This document shows positions 39,395-51,855 of a DNA stretch of 64,000 nt, piece by piece. This DNA comes from Octopus sinensis (Eukaryota): assembly GCF_006345805.1 (NCBI RefSeq), contig NW_021833022.1, positions 24,862-88,861 of the forward strand, written 5' to 3'. Within the stretch, counting starts at the first letter, position 1. The number at the start of each line of letters is the position of its first letter. The notes beneath the pieces were generated by a model. That model was not told the origin of the DNA and ran no database searches. It saw only the letters and a program-made list of their open reading frames with translations. Position numbers and translations under genes: made by a program.

Positions 39395-40050
39395 TGAAAA
39401 ATTTGTGCAAACGGGGTGGGTGGGGAGAACTTCGGAAAGTTCTCACGATCCGATTTTTCCCTCAAACTTTCAGGAAAATAGGTATCTTTTAATGAAAGTT
39501 TATACAACTGTTTTTTTCAAACGGCATAGCTACGGATTATAAAGAAATTTGTACGAGAAAAGTTTTTACAATTCTTGTTTTGACGGGTTTTTCCAATTGC
39601 TTTTCATCACAGCCGTGGAAATTTTCAATTTTTTTCTTACAGCATAAACGTGTTTATGGGGTGAAAAATATTGAAAAGCATACATGCGTGAGGGAGAGAA
39701 ACGACGAGGATTGTTTTGGGACGTGCTAGAAACGATAGCCAAATCACACTTTTTCCTCTGAAAATATTTAATTTTTATCTTTTACCGAGAGGTATTTAAA
39801 AGCAAAATAAATAAAGACCGGAAGGCGGAAATTTAAAAATATAACTTGTGCGGTCTTCCTGATCCGAAACTGTTCTCCCTACCCACTGGAAAAGATTTCC
39901 TCAATTCTTTAAAATTGTAATCTGTGGTTTGAAAGGTATTTGTATAAACTTTCATGAAAAGACACCAATCTTTCCTGAGAGTTATGAAGGAAAAATCGGA
40001 TCGTGTGGATTTCTCGAAAGCCATCTCCCTCGTTCGTTTGCCCAAATTGT
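39395..40050. mobile_element. Foldback element in the H3-H2A spacer
   Basis: CGATCCGATTTTTCC...CATGAAAGTTTATACAA-like arm is mirrored by TTGTATAAACTTTCATG...GGAAAAATCGGATCG; outer limits uncertain. Confidence 0.65.
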
Positions 40051-40294
40051 TAGAACTTGACTTTTGTTTACATTGATCAATAATTTTTAGGTAAATTTCG
40101 ATACATCTACTGTTAAAATTTTGAAAATCCAATTCTTTCACCCCCATCCATTATTTATAATGTTAATATATCGGAGAGGTCAATGCTGCGAGTCATCCAA
40201 CACTTATAAGGGACATGGGGTACTACTAGCGAAAAGTGGTCCCGGTGCGAACACTCGCGCTAGCTAGTCGATCCTACGACGACTAACCCTAGTT

Positions 40295-40570
40295 TACTCT
40301 CTTGTTTCAAGTCGAGCAAATCGACCCCGGGACTTATTTTTTGTAAGCCCAGTACTTATTCTATCGATATCTTTTGCCGAACCGCTAAGTGACGTAAACA
40401 CACCAGCATGTGCTAGGGACACACACACACATATATACGACAGACTTCTTTCAGTGGTCGGCCCGGGGCTATAGCAGAAGACACTTGCCCAAGATGCCAC
40501 GCAGTGGGACTGAACCCGGAACCATGTGGTTGGTTAGCAAGCTACTTTACCACACAGCCACTCCTGCGCC
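40295..40570 (-). mobile_element. SINE (GGAGTGGCTGTGTGGTAAGTAGCTTGCT... family), CpG-retaining copy
   Basis: Homologous to copies at about 2120-2420, 9500-9830, 33440-33580, 44383-45910, 48270-48665, 55620-55765, 57285-57530 and 63300-63580. Confidence 0.85.
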
Positions 40571-40842
40571 TATGTTTGTTTATAAAAATAATTTACTTTA
40601 TTACATTGTTTTAAAAAATTATTTTGCGCTTTATTTACTTTGTTCGAAAATATATTTTCTTTGATATGTATTCAGATACAAACATACGCTCAAGTCGTTG
40701 TACGATCGACTACTTACAACCAGCTAGTGTGGATGTATTTTCTTAGATGTTTCAATCATCTTGCGCCTACAAAAATACCCATGTATAACTTAAAAAGAAT
40801 CGCAAATAAAACCGGCAAGGAGACTATTTACAGAAAATGAGG

Positions 40843-40858
40843 GGCCCTGAAAAGGACC
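40843..40858 (-). terminator. Histone 3' stem-loop of H2A
   Basis: GGTCCTTTTCAGGGCC on the minus strand (one U-G pair). Confidence 0.93.
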
Positions 40859-40892
40859 GTTGAACGAAGGCAAACGCCATCAGCGAAAGCGC

Positions 40893-41270
40893 TTACTTGG
40901 AAGGCTTCTGGGTCTTCTTGGGGAGAAGAACAGCCTGGATATTGGGGAGAACACCACCTTGGGCGATGGTCACTCCGGACAAAAGTTTGTTCAACTCCTC
41001 GTCGTTACGGATGGCCAACTGCAAGTGACGGGGAATAATTCTCGATTTCTTGTTGTCTCTGGCAGCATTTCCTGCCAATTCCAACACTTCGGCTGCCAAA
41101 TATTCCATAACAGCGGCCAAGTAGACTGGGGCTCCGGCACCAACACGTTGGGCATAGTTTCCCTTACGAAGAAGACGGTGGATACGACCGACAGGGAACT
41201 GAAGTCCAGCACGGGATGAACGGGTCTTGCTCTTTCCCTTCACTTTACCTCCTTTACCACGTCCAGACAT
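40893..41270 (-). CDS. H2A: Histone H2A, replication-dependent
   Basis: Intronless 125-aa [11 protein letters not shown]...[20 protein letters not shown]...[11 protein letters not shown]; no SQ(E/D)Y/F tail, so not H2A.X. Confidence 0.99.
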   Translation of the reverse strand: MSGRGKGGKVKGKSKTRSSRAGLQFPVGRIHRLLRKGNYAQRVGAGAPVYLAAVMEYLAAEVLELAGNAARDNKKSRIIPRHLQLAIRNDEELNKLLSGVTIAQGGVLPNIQAVLLPKKTQKPSK

Positions 41271-41532
41271 TTTTTAGAAGTTAGATACTAGTTTGCAACA
41301 AAACGGCGATTAAATGATATAGAGCTTTTCTCCTTTAAATACTGCCTCATCGGCTCCAGCAGTCGATGAGCAGTTAAAAAATATGCGGGCCATTGTCACG
41401 TGACACAGTTGTCAAATTCGACCAATGAAAATGAACGGCGCGAATTTACAAAAATGTTCATCTGCTGAGCCTACTTGACAGCTATAAATAGAGTAGAATC
41501 AGAGTAAGCAACATCGATTCGCAAGTGACATC
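41271..41532. promoter_or_regulatory. Bidirectional H2A/H2B promoter
   Basis: TATTTAAA (minus, about 41334-41341), TATAAATA (plus, 41483-41490), CCAAT at about 41422, palindrome TGTCACGTGACA at 41394-41405. Confidence 0.8.
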
Positions 41533-41910
41533 ATGCCACCAGCACCAGCTACCGCTTCGAAAGGAGCCAAGAAGGCTTCCAAGGCCAAATCTTCACGTCC
41601 CGCCGGAGACAAGAAGCGCAAGAAGAAGAGGAAGGAAAGTTATTCCATCTACATCTACAAAGTAATGAAACAAGTCCACCCCGACACTGGCATCTCCAGC
41701 AAAGCTATGTCCATCATGAACAGTTTTGTCAACGATTTGTTCGAAAGAATAGCTTCTGAAGCCAGCCGTTTGGCTCACTACAACAAACGTTCGACCATCA
41801 GTAGCCGTGAGGTACAGACTGCTGTCCGTCTGCTTCTCCCTGGTGAGTTGGCTAAGCACGCCGTCTCTGAAGGTACCAAGGCTGTTACCAAATACACCAG
41901 CAGCAAGTAA
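41533..41910 (+). CDS. H2B: Histone H2B, replication-dependent
   Basis: Intronless 125-aa ORF ...[28 protein letters not shown]...[11 protein letters not shown]. Confidence 0.99.
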   Translation: MPPAPATASKGAKKASKAKSSRPAGDKKRKKKRKESYSIYIYKVMKQVHPDTGISSKAMSIMNSFVNDLFERIASEASRLAHYNKRSTISSREVQTAVRLLLPGELAKHAVSEGTKAVTKYTSSK

Positions 41911-41931
41911 ACCTTGCGTTTCTCGAAAAAC

Positions 41932-41947
41932 GGTCCTTTTAAGGGCC
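41932..41947 (+). terminator. Histone 3' stem-loop of H2B
   Basis: GGTCCTTTTAAGGGCC. Confidence 0.93.
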
Positions 41948-42849
41948 ACCTATATTTTCATGATTTCCAACTTTCGATTTTCTATTGATCTGCGATTTTA
42001 GTGCGTTACGAAAAAGCCCTATTCGTGTGTCGCTAAGTGGTCCCGGTGCGCGCATCCGCGCTAGGTAGTCGATGCTTCAACTAAGTAAATTTATTTTTTA
42101 TAAACAAACTAAAGATAGGGTTAGGGTTCAAATTTTTTTGTTCGAAAAATATTTAATTTGTAAAAATTATACATCGTTTTTAACAGAATTACTTCGAAAA
42201 ATGCTTAATTTTTCTGTTTGTTCGCAAGTACGGGGCATAGTCTGGGCAGGGGTATATTCTAGGCTGGCTGTCTGGGTAGGGATATATTCTGGGCTGTTAC
42301 ATCGGCTCATGCGATTTTGTTTTCACCATACATTTACGAATTCCTATATTTTCGACATACTTATCGTCGGTTCATTCTTAATTTTACCGTTTATGTTTAT
42401 ATTAAGCATCGATAAGTGGGGCCCTAATCTTGTGTGTGTGTGTGTGTATAGAATTCATATAAAATAAGAGGTATTCATCATAGGGCTGCCTTACGTTAGA
42501 AGGAACAGTTCAAACCAGTAATTTCGAAGGGAGTGAAAAACTATCTGATGTGACGTATAGCAGATTTTTCCAGGGACCAGTAATATTAATTTATACCAGA
42601 AACAATATATATATTGAATATAATAAAACTTGACAATTTTTTTTATCTTGTATTTATTTTGTAAACAAATATTACATCATTACATAAGCATTTTATAATG
42701 TTTCTTTCTTTTTTGGAAACTCGCCGCGGACCGTGGCCCACCACTTTGAGTAGCAATGGAGTAAGCGACAAATATGGTATGGTAGTGGGATAGTAACATT
42801 AATTCAGAGATACATGCGTGTGTGTACTTTCAATCTCTTTCTGTCTCTC

Positions 42850-43037
42850 TCTCTCTCACACACAAATTTCTAGACAAGTATTGGACATCGTTTAAACCGA
42901 AATTATCCGGAAATAACCGAAGTATTCCGTTTCTGCCATTTGTGAACAGTTCATAAAGAAGTTATCGCCTGCTAAATTCTTAGTTCACTTTTCTTTTTGT
43001 CTCTGTCTGTTTCACTTTGTCTTTCTCCCTCTGTTAG

Positions 43038-43068
<31 letters not shown>

Positions 43069-43215
43069 CACACACTCACAAACTTCTAGACAAGTATTGG
43101 ACAACGTTTAAACCGAAATTATCCAGAAATAACCGAAGTATTCCGTTTCTTCCATTTGTGAAAAGTTGATAAAGAAGTTATCGTCTGCTAAATACTTTGT
43201 TCACTTTTCTTTCCA
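42850..43215 (+). repeat. Direct tandem duplication, two copies with a period of about 210 bp and (CT)n spacers
   Basis: CTAGACAAGTATTGGACA...TTTAAACCGAAATTATCC...GTTCACTTTTCTTT occurs twice (from about 42870 and about 43085); probably the Helitron 5' region. Confidence 0.85.
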
Positions 43216-44382
43216 TGAAGACGACGTTTCAAGTCAACATTGAAGGTGAAGTAGCTTATTAATTTCGTTTTTATTATTTACAAAATTATAATCACTCATT
43301 CATCTATTGCAAAGATTGAAAGATAGGTTTCTAAAGGGGATTTTGCTATCATTTAGAATCTTATCCCTTTTGGTGTTGTAATTTTCCGTCACGTTCTCTT
43401 CATAGAACTATCTAAAGTCTGAACTGAAGATAAAGTCCCTTACTGAATTCATTGAAAAATATTCAACAATTACATTAATTTATTAATTCAGTCTTTTAAT
43501 AAAGTCATGGGTGATGTTAACTGTATGGCCAGAGCTGTGTCACTCTTGCTCAAAAACAACAGGAATTACCAAATTCTTTGGGAAGACTCCGTACGATACA
43601 TATGCAATAATTGGAAATAATTTCGTTCTTTTATTCCTAATAGTAAAATGCAGTAATACCAAACGTACATGAGTAGGGATGGAACATACGGTGGTAATGC
43701 TGAATTAGCTGCCATTAGTGAATTGTACAATGTTGCAAGTATTCAAAAAGTTACAGAAAGGAAGGTTTTAGTATTATATAATGGCGAACTTGATAACGGC
43801 CACTACGATGCTCTCTTTCCCATTAACGATCATAAGCATGAAGGAAATGAAACATCACAAGACAGTGAAAAAGACAAAAGAATGAGAATTCAAACACTTA
43901 AAAAAATGATCGTAAAAAAAAAAAAACCATCGGAAAGTTAGGTTGCAAAAAATGACAGAATATGAGAGGAGGACAAGAGAAAAAGATAGGGAAATAAGAT
44001 TGCAGAGAAAGAAGGGAAATTATAGAAATAAAAAAAATTACAAGAAAATAAAAAAGACGAAGAAATACGACTGCAGAAAAGGAGAGAAAAAGGTAGAATA
44101 AATAAACAACAAAACTGAAAATGACCAAAAAGGAGAAAGCTTTTCAGAGAAAATCAGCAGAAAAAGTATAGACTTTCAATTGGAAGGTGTAGCCGTGATC
44201 GTAATTTTGCATCTGAAAGAATTGTCTCTCTTGGCTCTATGTTCAAAACATGTGAAAAGTGTGGGACAAGGAATCATTAGGTAAGTGTTGTTCTAAATGT
44301 GAAGTCCATTTATCAATAAATGAGCCTCCAGAACTTATAAAACATTTTCTTTTGGGCACCACTTCAGAATAAAGATATTCAA

Positions 44383-45910
44383 GGAGTGGCTGAGTGGTAA
44401 GTAGCTTGCTTACCAACCACATGGTTCTGGGTTCAGTCCCACTGTGTGGCACCTTGGGCAAGTGTCTTCTACTGTAGCCTCAGGCCAACCAAAGCCTAGT
44501 GAGTGGATTTGGTAGATGGAAACTGAAAGAAGCCCTTCATATATATATATATATATATATACAAGGGTTGGACAAAATAATGGAAACACCTTAAAATTTC
44601 AAACAAATTTATTTTAATATGGGGTAGGACCGCACTTTGGCAGTAATTACAGCTTGAATTCTATGAGGTATGGACTCGTACAAAGTTTGAATTGTTTCCA
44701 AAGGAATTTTTGTCCATTCTTCAGCTAAAATAGTCTCCAGTTCTTGTAGTGATGATGGTGAAGCATATTGACTCCTTACTTGTTTTTCTAAAATATTCAA
44801 TAATATTGAGATCTGGGGACTGTGCTGGCCAGATAAGATGTTCAACTTGTGCCAGTTCTGCAACCAAAGGAAAATTTGATGAGATAAAATGCTTAAATAG
44901 TTTTGACTATTAATTCTGCCATGAAGGGAAACCATTGTGCCCCAGATTATCACAGATACTCTTTTAACAGTTGGAAGAAGGCAATCTGGGTCAAATGATT
45001 CTTTTGGCTGTCTCCACACGTATACTCAGCCAGTGGTTGGAAATAAGGTAAAGGATGACTCATCTGAGAAAATAGCATTCTACAACAGCTCTTGGGACCA
45101 ATTCTGTAGGTTTTTACCCCACTCTAAACGCTTTGCAACATTTGTTTTGAAAGTAGTGGTTTTCTGATTGCAGCCCTCCTGTGAAATCCTGCTTTGTGCA
45201 GCTCCCGGCGAACAACTTTTGTGGAAACTGGGTTCTGAAGATGGTCATTAAACTCTGTAGTAATTTTAGGAGCTGTACTTTTGTGATCCTTTCTAACAAT
45301 TCGCATAAGAGTTCACTGTTCCCTATCTGAAAGTTTTAGTTTTCTTCTGGAGTTTTGTTTTGACAAGGAGGTTTTTTCCTCTTTCTCAAGGGTTGTCATT
45401 ACTTTTGAGACAGTATTTTTTGATACACCAAACATTTTGGCTGTTTTTGTTACACTAGTGCCTGCCACACAAGCACCAACAATTTGACCTCTTTGAAAGT
45501 CCAACAGATCTGTCATTTTAATGAATTTTAATTACCTTTTTCTGATGATATCTGAAAAGAAACAGCAATTTTAACAAAACATATTAAGCAACACTAATAA
45601 TAAATCAAAAAACATAAAAACAAGCTTTTGACAGTTTTATAAATATTTCAAAATTGTGATGCTATGATGCTAGGTGTTTCCCTTATTTTGTTCAACCCCT
45701 ATATGTATATGTGCGCTTGTGTGCCTGTGTTTGTCCCCCACCATTGCTTGACCACTGATGCTTGTGTGTTTACATCCCCGTAAGTTAGCAGTTTGGCAAA
45801 AGAAATCGATAGAATAAGTACTAGGCTTACAAAGAATAAGATTTGTTCGACTAAAAGCAGTGCTCCTGCATGGCTGCAGTCAAATGACTGAAACAAGTAA
45901 AAGAATAAAA
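44383..45910 (+). mobile_element. SINE split by a Tc1 insertion
   Basis: The 5' part (44383-44560) ends in (TA)n and the 3' part resumes at about 45702. Confidence 0.8.
44562..45701 (-). mobile_element. Tc1-like DNA transposon, both TIRs present, transposase frameshifted
   Basis: 30-bp TIRs with 4 mismatches (CAAGGGTTGGACAAAATAATGGAAACACCT); inserted in a TA tract; transposase pieces MTDLLDFQRGQIVG.., RIVRKDHKSTAPKI.., LQELETILAEEWTKIPLETIQTLYESIPHRIQAVI between 45516 and 44609. Confidence 0.9.
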
Positions 45911-47149
45911 GAAATACAATTATGTTTTTCAAATGACGTCATTTGGGGCAAAAATTACTAGGGAAGTAGGTTTATGCCGACTTTTACAGTGCAAAGAGAA
46001 ATTTATCACAGAATTGGTTCTCTTAAGCCTTTACAGAATAAAGATCCACGATTTTTACCAATATATTTTATAGGTGACATTCAAAAGAAAGCACAGTGTC
46101 GCAACAAGAATTCTCCAGGTACAAAATTAGAACTTATTTTTAAGCTGCAAGAAATGTTTCACGCAAAGAATTCTTATGTGAGAAGTTTTCAGTATACTTT
46201 AAAACAGGGGTTCCTAACCAGGGTCCACTGAAACTTTAAGGGGTAAAAAACTAATTTGTGGGTCCATATATAAATTTTGCTTACAAGGAGATGTATCTGT
46301 ATATATTGAAATTTTCAAGATTTGTATTTGGAATTTATGTTGTGAATACTATGAAATTGTTTCATTGTTAGTTTTTACTAACCTACATGTGCATATATGG
46401 GGTCGACATATGATAAGATAGCTCATAGGGGATCCACAAGCAAAATAAAATATTTTCTTTTAAGGTTTAAAATTTAATGGTACTAAAAAAAAAAAAGAAA
46501 CAAAGAGAATTAAGACAAATAATTAGAAATAGGAAACGGGATACTTATGTGTTTCTAGAGTGAAATGCCTAGTTTCATACATTTTGGCTGTTGCATGCTG
46601 ATTGCCAATAACGGTGCCATCAACATCCAGTTATGCAAAGACAGCAATAATTGTGTTTGTAATATTGCAATCGCTGTATGCACATCTTTGGAGAAGAATG
46701 GGTGCTGCTTCATTTAGTCACTTGTTTTAAAAAAAAAACACCATCAAAGTAATTTATCAAAACATTTGGAAAGAAAGTTTCGTTAAGCCAAAACTTTATT
46801 TTAAATTTGAAATTTAAAATTGATTTTAGAAATTATTCATAATTATAGCAATGATAGATATTTCAGTTCTTGTCACTGACATAAAATACATTTTGCAAAA
46901 GAGAAAAAAAAAGAAAAAAATTACTTATTTGTTATTTGCAATGGAAGCAGTATTACTTCAAATTAGTGATTTATATATCATACTTAAAGTATATTTATTG
47001 CTGAAAGCTTTCTAAACTGTGATATTTATCTTGAGAAAATATCTCTTAGACATATAGTGTCAATGAGCACTGAAATATAACAGCAGCAGGCAAAAGTTGT
47101 CCAGCTGTGGCATCACCTGCTGCTGGTATATATGTTTTTTTTTTCTTTT

Positions 47150-48142
47150 TGAGACTATGACATGTTTATAAGAGATGGTAAGCAGAAGGAGCAAGGTCTG
47201 GGAAATAATGCAGTTGAACAATTTTCTCCCAGCTAAGTTCCTTGATCTTCAGTGATGTGATCTTTGAGGTGTGGGTGTTTTGCTTTGTCCTAATGAAACA
47301 ACACTCCCTCTCGGTTCACTAAAGCGGGACTTTTTTTCTTCAAAGCAGCATGCAAACGCTCTAATTGCTGACAGTAGATTTGAGCATTGATTGTTGCATT
47401 AGTTGGTAACAACTCAAAGTGGATGCCTCCTTTGGAATCCTACCAAACAGAGAGAAGAGCCTTCTTCACATGGAGTTTCCATTCTGGTTGTGGTTGGGCC
47501 CTTTTCCTCCTCACCAAGCCAATGTCTAGGACTCTTAATATTTTGGTAGTGGATCCATTTTTCATCACCGGTCACCTCTCTGTCCCACGAGAATGAAGAG
47601 AAGAGCTGAAGTCCGCTCAGTATTTGCAGTTGGCTTCAGACACTTCATTGAGCACCCATCTTCCTAAGCTCTTGAAGATGGCGGTGAATAGTTGTATGAT
47701 ATGAATGAAGCTTGCTTGCCAATTATTCAACTGAAACTGTGTGATCTTTTTCAAGTTCTTCTAAAATGAGCTAGTCATCAAACTCAATTGGACGTTCTGT
47801 TCTGGTCTCATCTTCATGCCTGAAATTTCCAAATCCGAATTTTACAAAACATCTTCTGCAAGTTCTTTTATTCATGAACTCCTGTCTATAAGCTGGGTGA
47901 ATATTTTGAGTTGTTTCAGTTGCAGAGTTCCCTTTTGTAAACTCATAATGTATTATATGCCTCAAAGAACTCTGATTAATGAAATTTCAATTAGGTTATT
48001 CTGAAAAATGAAATTTAATTAGTTGAAATATGTCCAAATACATATAAATGTTACTTGATGTCATTAGACATTCTAAAATACTGTTAAAGCGTTTAGAAAT
48101 TGACAATAAAGAAGTCCAGACATTACTTATGGAATGACCTGA
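47150..48142 (-). mobile_element. mariner transposon relic
   Basis: N-terminus MRHIIHYEFTKGNSATETTQNI and C-terminal YFPDLAPSAYHL; terminus TA-TCAGGTCATTCCATAAGTAATG at about 48142. Confidence 0.8.
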
Positions 48143-49249
48143 TAATTGCAGTCTGTTCCTCTAGATAGGGAAGAGACACCTGTAAATGCAAAAATTAGAT
48201 AATTAATGAAAATAACTGAAAATTGGTAATCTGGAAAGGGGTTTTTGAAATAGCCTGTGTTTTATGTAGTTGCAGGTGCGGCTGTGTAGTAAGAAAATTC
48301 TTCCTAGCCTCATAATTCTCAGTTCAATCCCTCTGTGTGACACCTTGGGCAAGTGTCTTCTACTATAGTCCAACCAAAGCCTTGTGAGGGGATTCGGTAG
48401 ACAGAAACTGAAAGATGTCCATCATATATATGTATGCATGTATATATCTATGTGTGCATGTTTTTGTATTTGCCTCGTCACCACAACTTGAGAATGAGTC
48501 TTGGTTTGTTTATGTCCCTCTAACTTAGCAGTGCAGTTAAGAGTGACTGATAGAGTAAAGTCCAGGCTTAAAAATAAGTGCTGGCAATTGATTTATTCAA
48601 GAAAACCCACAGGGCAGTGCCACTGTATGGCGGCAGTCTGGTGACTGAAACAAGTATAAGAATAAAAGAATATATACACATACACAAAAGAAAGAGAGTA
48701 GCACTCAACACATTTAGTTGGATTTACTTGTATTTAATAACAGCTTGACTCAGTCCTACATGCCTTTATTTCATGAGCGCATTGAACACATGCCCAGAGA
48801 CACTACTTCTGACAATCTGAGATGAATGTATTCTTCAAACCCTTGAAACTAAAACTGTGAGTGTATATATATATAAATATATTTGTGTGTGTGTGTGTGT
48901 GTATGAACTGTAGATGGCAATATCAGACACTTATCAATGATAACGTATAAATGTTTTAAATTTGTGAGAATAAAAGTTTGGATGGTGCATTTTACATGCC
49001 ACCAGCACAGGAGCCAGTCAGAAGGCATTGGCATTGACCATGTTTGGATGATGCATTTTATGTGTTACCAGAGTGGGAGCCAGTCATGGGGCACTAGCCA
49101 CAGCTACGATTTTGGTATTACTTGACTGAACAGGTCTTCTCAATCATATCATTATCACTCTGCATTTTTAAAAAATTAACTGAAACAAAGACTGTATTTC
49201 AACAGAAATTTGATAACAAAAAGGTAAATACATAAATAAAACAGGTTCT

Positions 49250-50260
49250 GTGAGCATTTGCTGGATGTCCATAAAAACATCCAAGAAGTCCTCAAAAACT
49301 TGTAGTCTAGCACTAACTTGCTCAGTCACTCAGCTGATCACCTCTCAGATTGTGCAGTTCTCCAACACTGGGTAGAATGAGACTTGCAAATACACAGTGT
49401 CTCCAAGTCTCATTATACCCCGCAAAACACCTTCTTCAGCATGGTTTCTTTGGCACCTTAGGGTCTGAATTTACATCTCAGCTTCCTTTAATTCTGCCTT
49501 CTACTTTCAAACCCCTTCATCCTTAAAATACGAAGAAAAAAGAAACAAAACAATGCTCTTGTGTGATGTGTATTTATTTGTGCTGTGTTGCTTATGTCTG
49601 TCTATATGTATATATATATATGTGTGTGTGTGTCCATGTATTGTATGGTTAGCTATTTTGAATGCAGTTGTATGCATGTACTTCACATATTGTACACGCT
49701 GTGTGCAGCATGTAGTTGGATTTTGTTTATAATCTATTTTATTATATTGGCCTTCTAATTCCCCCACATCCACCACCCACATCCTGTCACAGATTACTAT
49801 ATATTTCTTTCCATCCCTACTGACCTCCACTCTAGACACTATTAATTTTCTTTACAATTCTGCTAACTCCTTACTGTCATAAATTATTTTACAGTTCTTG
49901 GACCCTCCTTATTAAACTCAGTTCTTTGCATGTTTCCTCTTCCATTCCTTTTCTCCCTCCTTAGTATTGTCCACCTCTTCTCTTTGTTAGGAGTTCTTAA
50001 TAGTATCTACCACCTCACTTGATCTGGTCCTCACCACCTCCCTCATTTTTTGATATTTATTTCATCCTCTATAATTTACCTTGCTCATAGCTCATAGCAC
50101 CTGTCACCAGCTTTTCCCCCTCTCTTCCTACATTGCTGCTCGTTCCTGACATCATACTATCATTTTATTCCATTTTTCATTCGCAATTTTGTGACCAAAG
50201 CGATTACACTTTTATATATTTTCTCTGCAGAAAGAAGGGCAAGTGTTTGAACTTAAACTC
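49250..50260 (-). pseudogene. Probable L1/Tx1-like LINE relic (ORF1 zinc knuckle and start of endonuclease)
   Basis: Minus strand YKCNRFGHK (CCHC-like) near 50200 and a purine-rich decayed frame; weak. Confidence 0.35.
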
Positions 50261-51270
50261 TTTTACTCCTCACAGAAAATCTATTCATTGAACTCTTCCA
50301 TGAAATCTAGGAATTAATCTTTACCTATGCAGACAAATACTAATTTCCCTGGATTCCATATTGTACCATGTGTAAATGATTCTAAACTTTGTTTGCCATT
50401 TTATCAAAGTATTAGTTCAGCTTCATTTTGATATTTTTCTTGTTGAGATTTTAAAAATCTCGATACTTTTAGTGTGATTATTTTTAATTCATAGTATGTA
50501 TATATGATCAAAATATACTTTAAATCCATCGGTGGAACAAACTGGAAAATTATCCAAATCTTTGTAGCCCATTGTCTGTATTATAGTGTATTGTTGTACC
50601 ATTCAAAACTTTTTATTCTTTACAAACAATACACAATGCTTCAAGCAAACTACAGTACTCTCCTATTTTATCATAGTAATAATCATTATTATTGTTTGGT
50701 GAGCACTATGTGTCTATAGGGGAATTAGCCTATCATTCCTTTTATTCCCAATTCCTGAAAGTACTTCATTCACTAATGCTTATTCATTAGGGAGAGAATT
50801 TTAAATTATACTTAAATCATCATTATAATTCTATGTATAATCAATGAATATTGAAAGAAAGATATTTAAATTCATGCTGAAAGCTCTTATCTTATTAAAA
50901 TGAAAATATAAAGCTAATCTGTCAGTGTTGCCATCTAAACTTGGTGCCAGTTAACTACAGCTGAAATAGTTGGTAAATAGTTATAGCTAGTATTCAAACT
51001 TCTGACAAATAGTTATAAGGATTAACTCTTCTTCTTCTTGGTTTTGTGTTTGCTAATATACTTGTTTACTACAGAATGTAATCCATCCATTGTTCCTTTA
51101 AATGAAGGGGTAATTACAGGAATAATGGTATACATTAGGGACACATATTTCCTGTTATTAAGTGCTAAAATATAAATAAACTTTCAAAAGTCTAGTTTCC
51201 TAGTTGTGATCTGCACATTAATATAATGGCATGACTTTTACAGTGTTGAGGTTGTCAGTTTTCCTGCTAT

Positions 51271-51497
51271 CTTAATGCTTTTGTTACTGTATTTATTTTG
51301 AGAAGCTCTGTGTTCCTTTGAATTACTTTAAATATAACAAAGAATTTAGTAAAATAACTTAGTTATCATTAAGCTAGTGTTAGGAACATAAATTGTGACT
51401 AAATTTTGGTGGAAGATTTTAATTCAAAATTTATGAAAACAAGACATTTGTACTCAGTGTCAGAGCCGGCTTCAGCCAGTCGATAATGAAAGGGTTA
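51271..51497. mobile_element. piggyBac-derived MITE
   Basis: Ends ...GAAAGGGTTAA like the 11896 terminus; homologous to about 9030-9150. Confidence 0.55.
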
Positions 51498-51855
51498 AAG
51501 TCTCCACTCACAAATCTTTTCTAAAGCTTTGGATGTGTTTTTTTTCTTTGATATTGTTTGTATATTTTTGTTGCCTTTCTGTTTAGTTCTTTTGAAGCAG
51601 ATGCTAACTTGAGAAACTGTACATGTGAACACTTTTCTCATTTAATAGCCTAATCTTAAAGCAGTCTTTATAAGACGGTATCAATTCAGCCTGAGGATGA
51701 TATCAGAGAGAAGTTGATGTATCTAACAGCATTGCATCAAGCAGTCTTTGGATAAAATAACCGACAAAGTTCTCTTTTCTTTGTTTTTATCAGTGTTAAG
51801 TGTAATACACTAGTCCTGTCTGAATTCTAATAAACAGCCGAAAAACTAATTTATA

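Larger units (their letters stand above)
43490..46231 (+). mobile_element. Helitron relic with OTU protease domain and N-terminal RepHel region, interrupted by SINE and Tc1 insertions
   Basis: VMGDVNCMARAV, MSRDGTYGGNAEL and LYNGELDNGHYD (OTU Cys/His boxes); then GSMFKTCEKC, CCSKC..PPE; resumes at about 45908 with KYNYVFQMTSFGA...FMPTFTVQREIYHRIGSL..PRFLPIYF (Helitron signature). Multiple stops. Confidence 0.8.

Noticed and set aside
39833-40147. 104-aa ORF between H3 and H2A considered as H1 or a transposase
   Set aside because: It is not Lys/Ala/Pro-rich, has no globular H1 motif, and overlaps one arm of a non-coding inverted repeat.
43215-43260. GAAACGUC on the minus strand as a hammerhead half
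   Set aside because: There is no upstream CUGANGA core.
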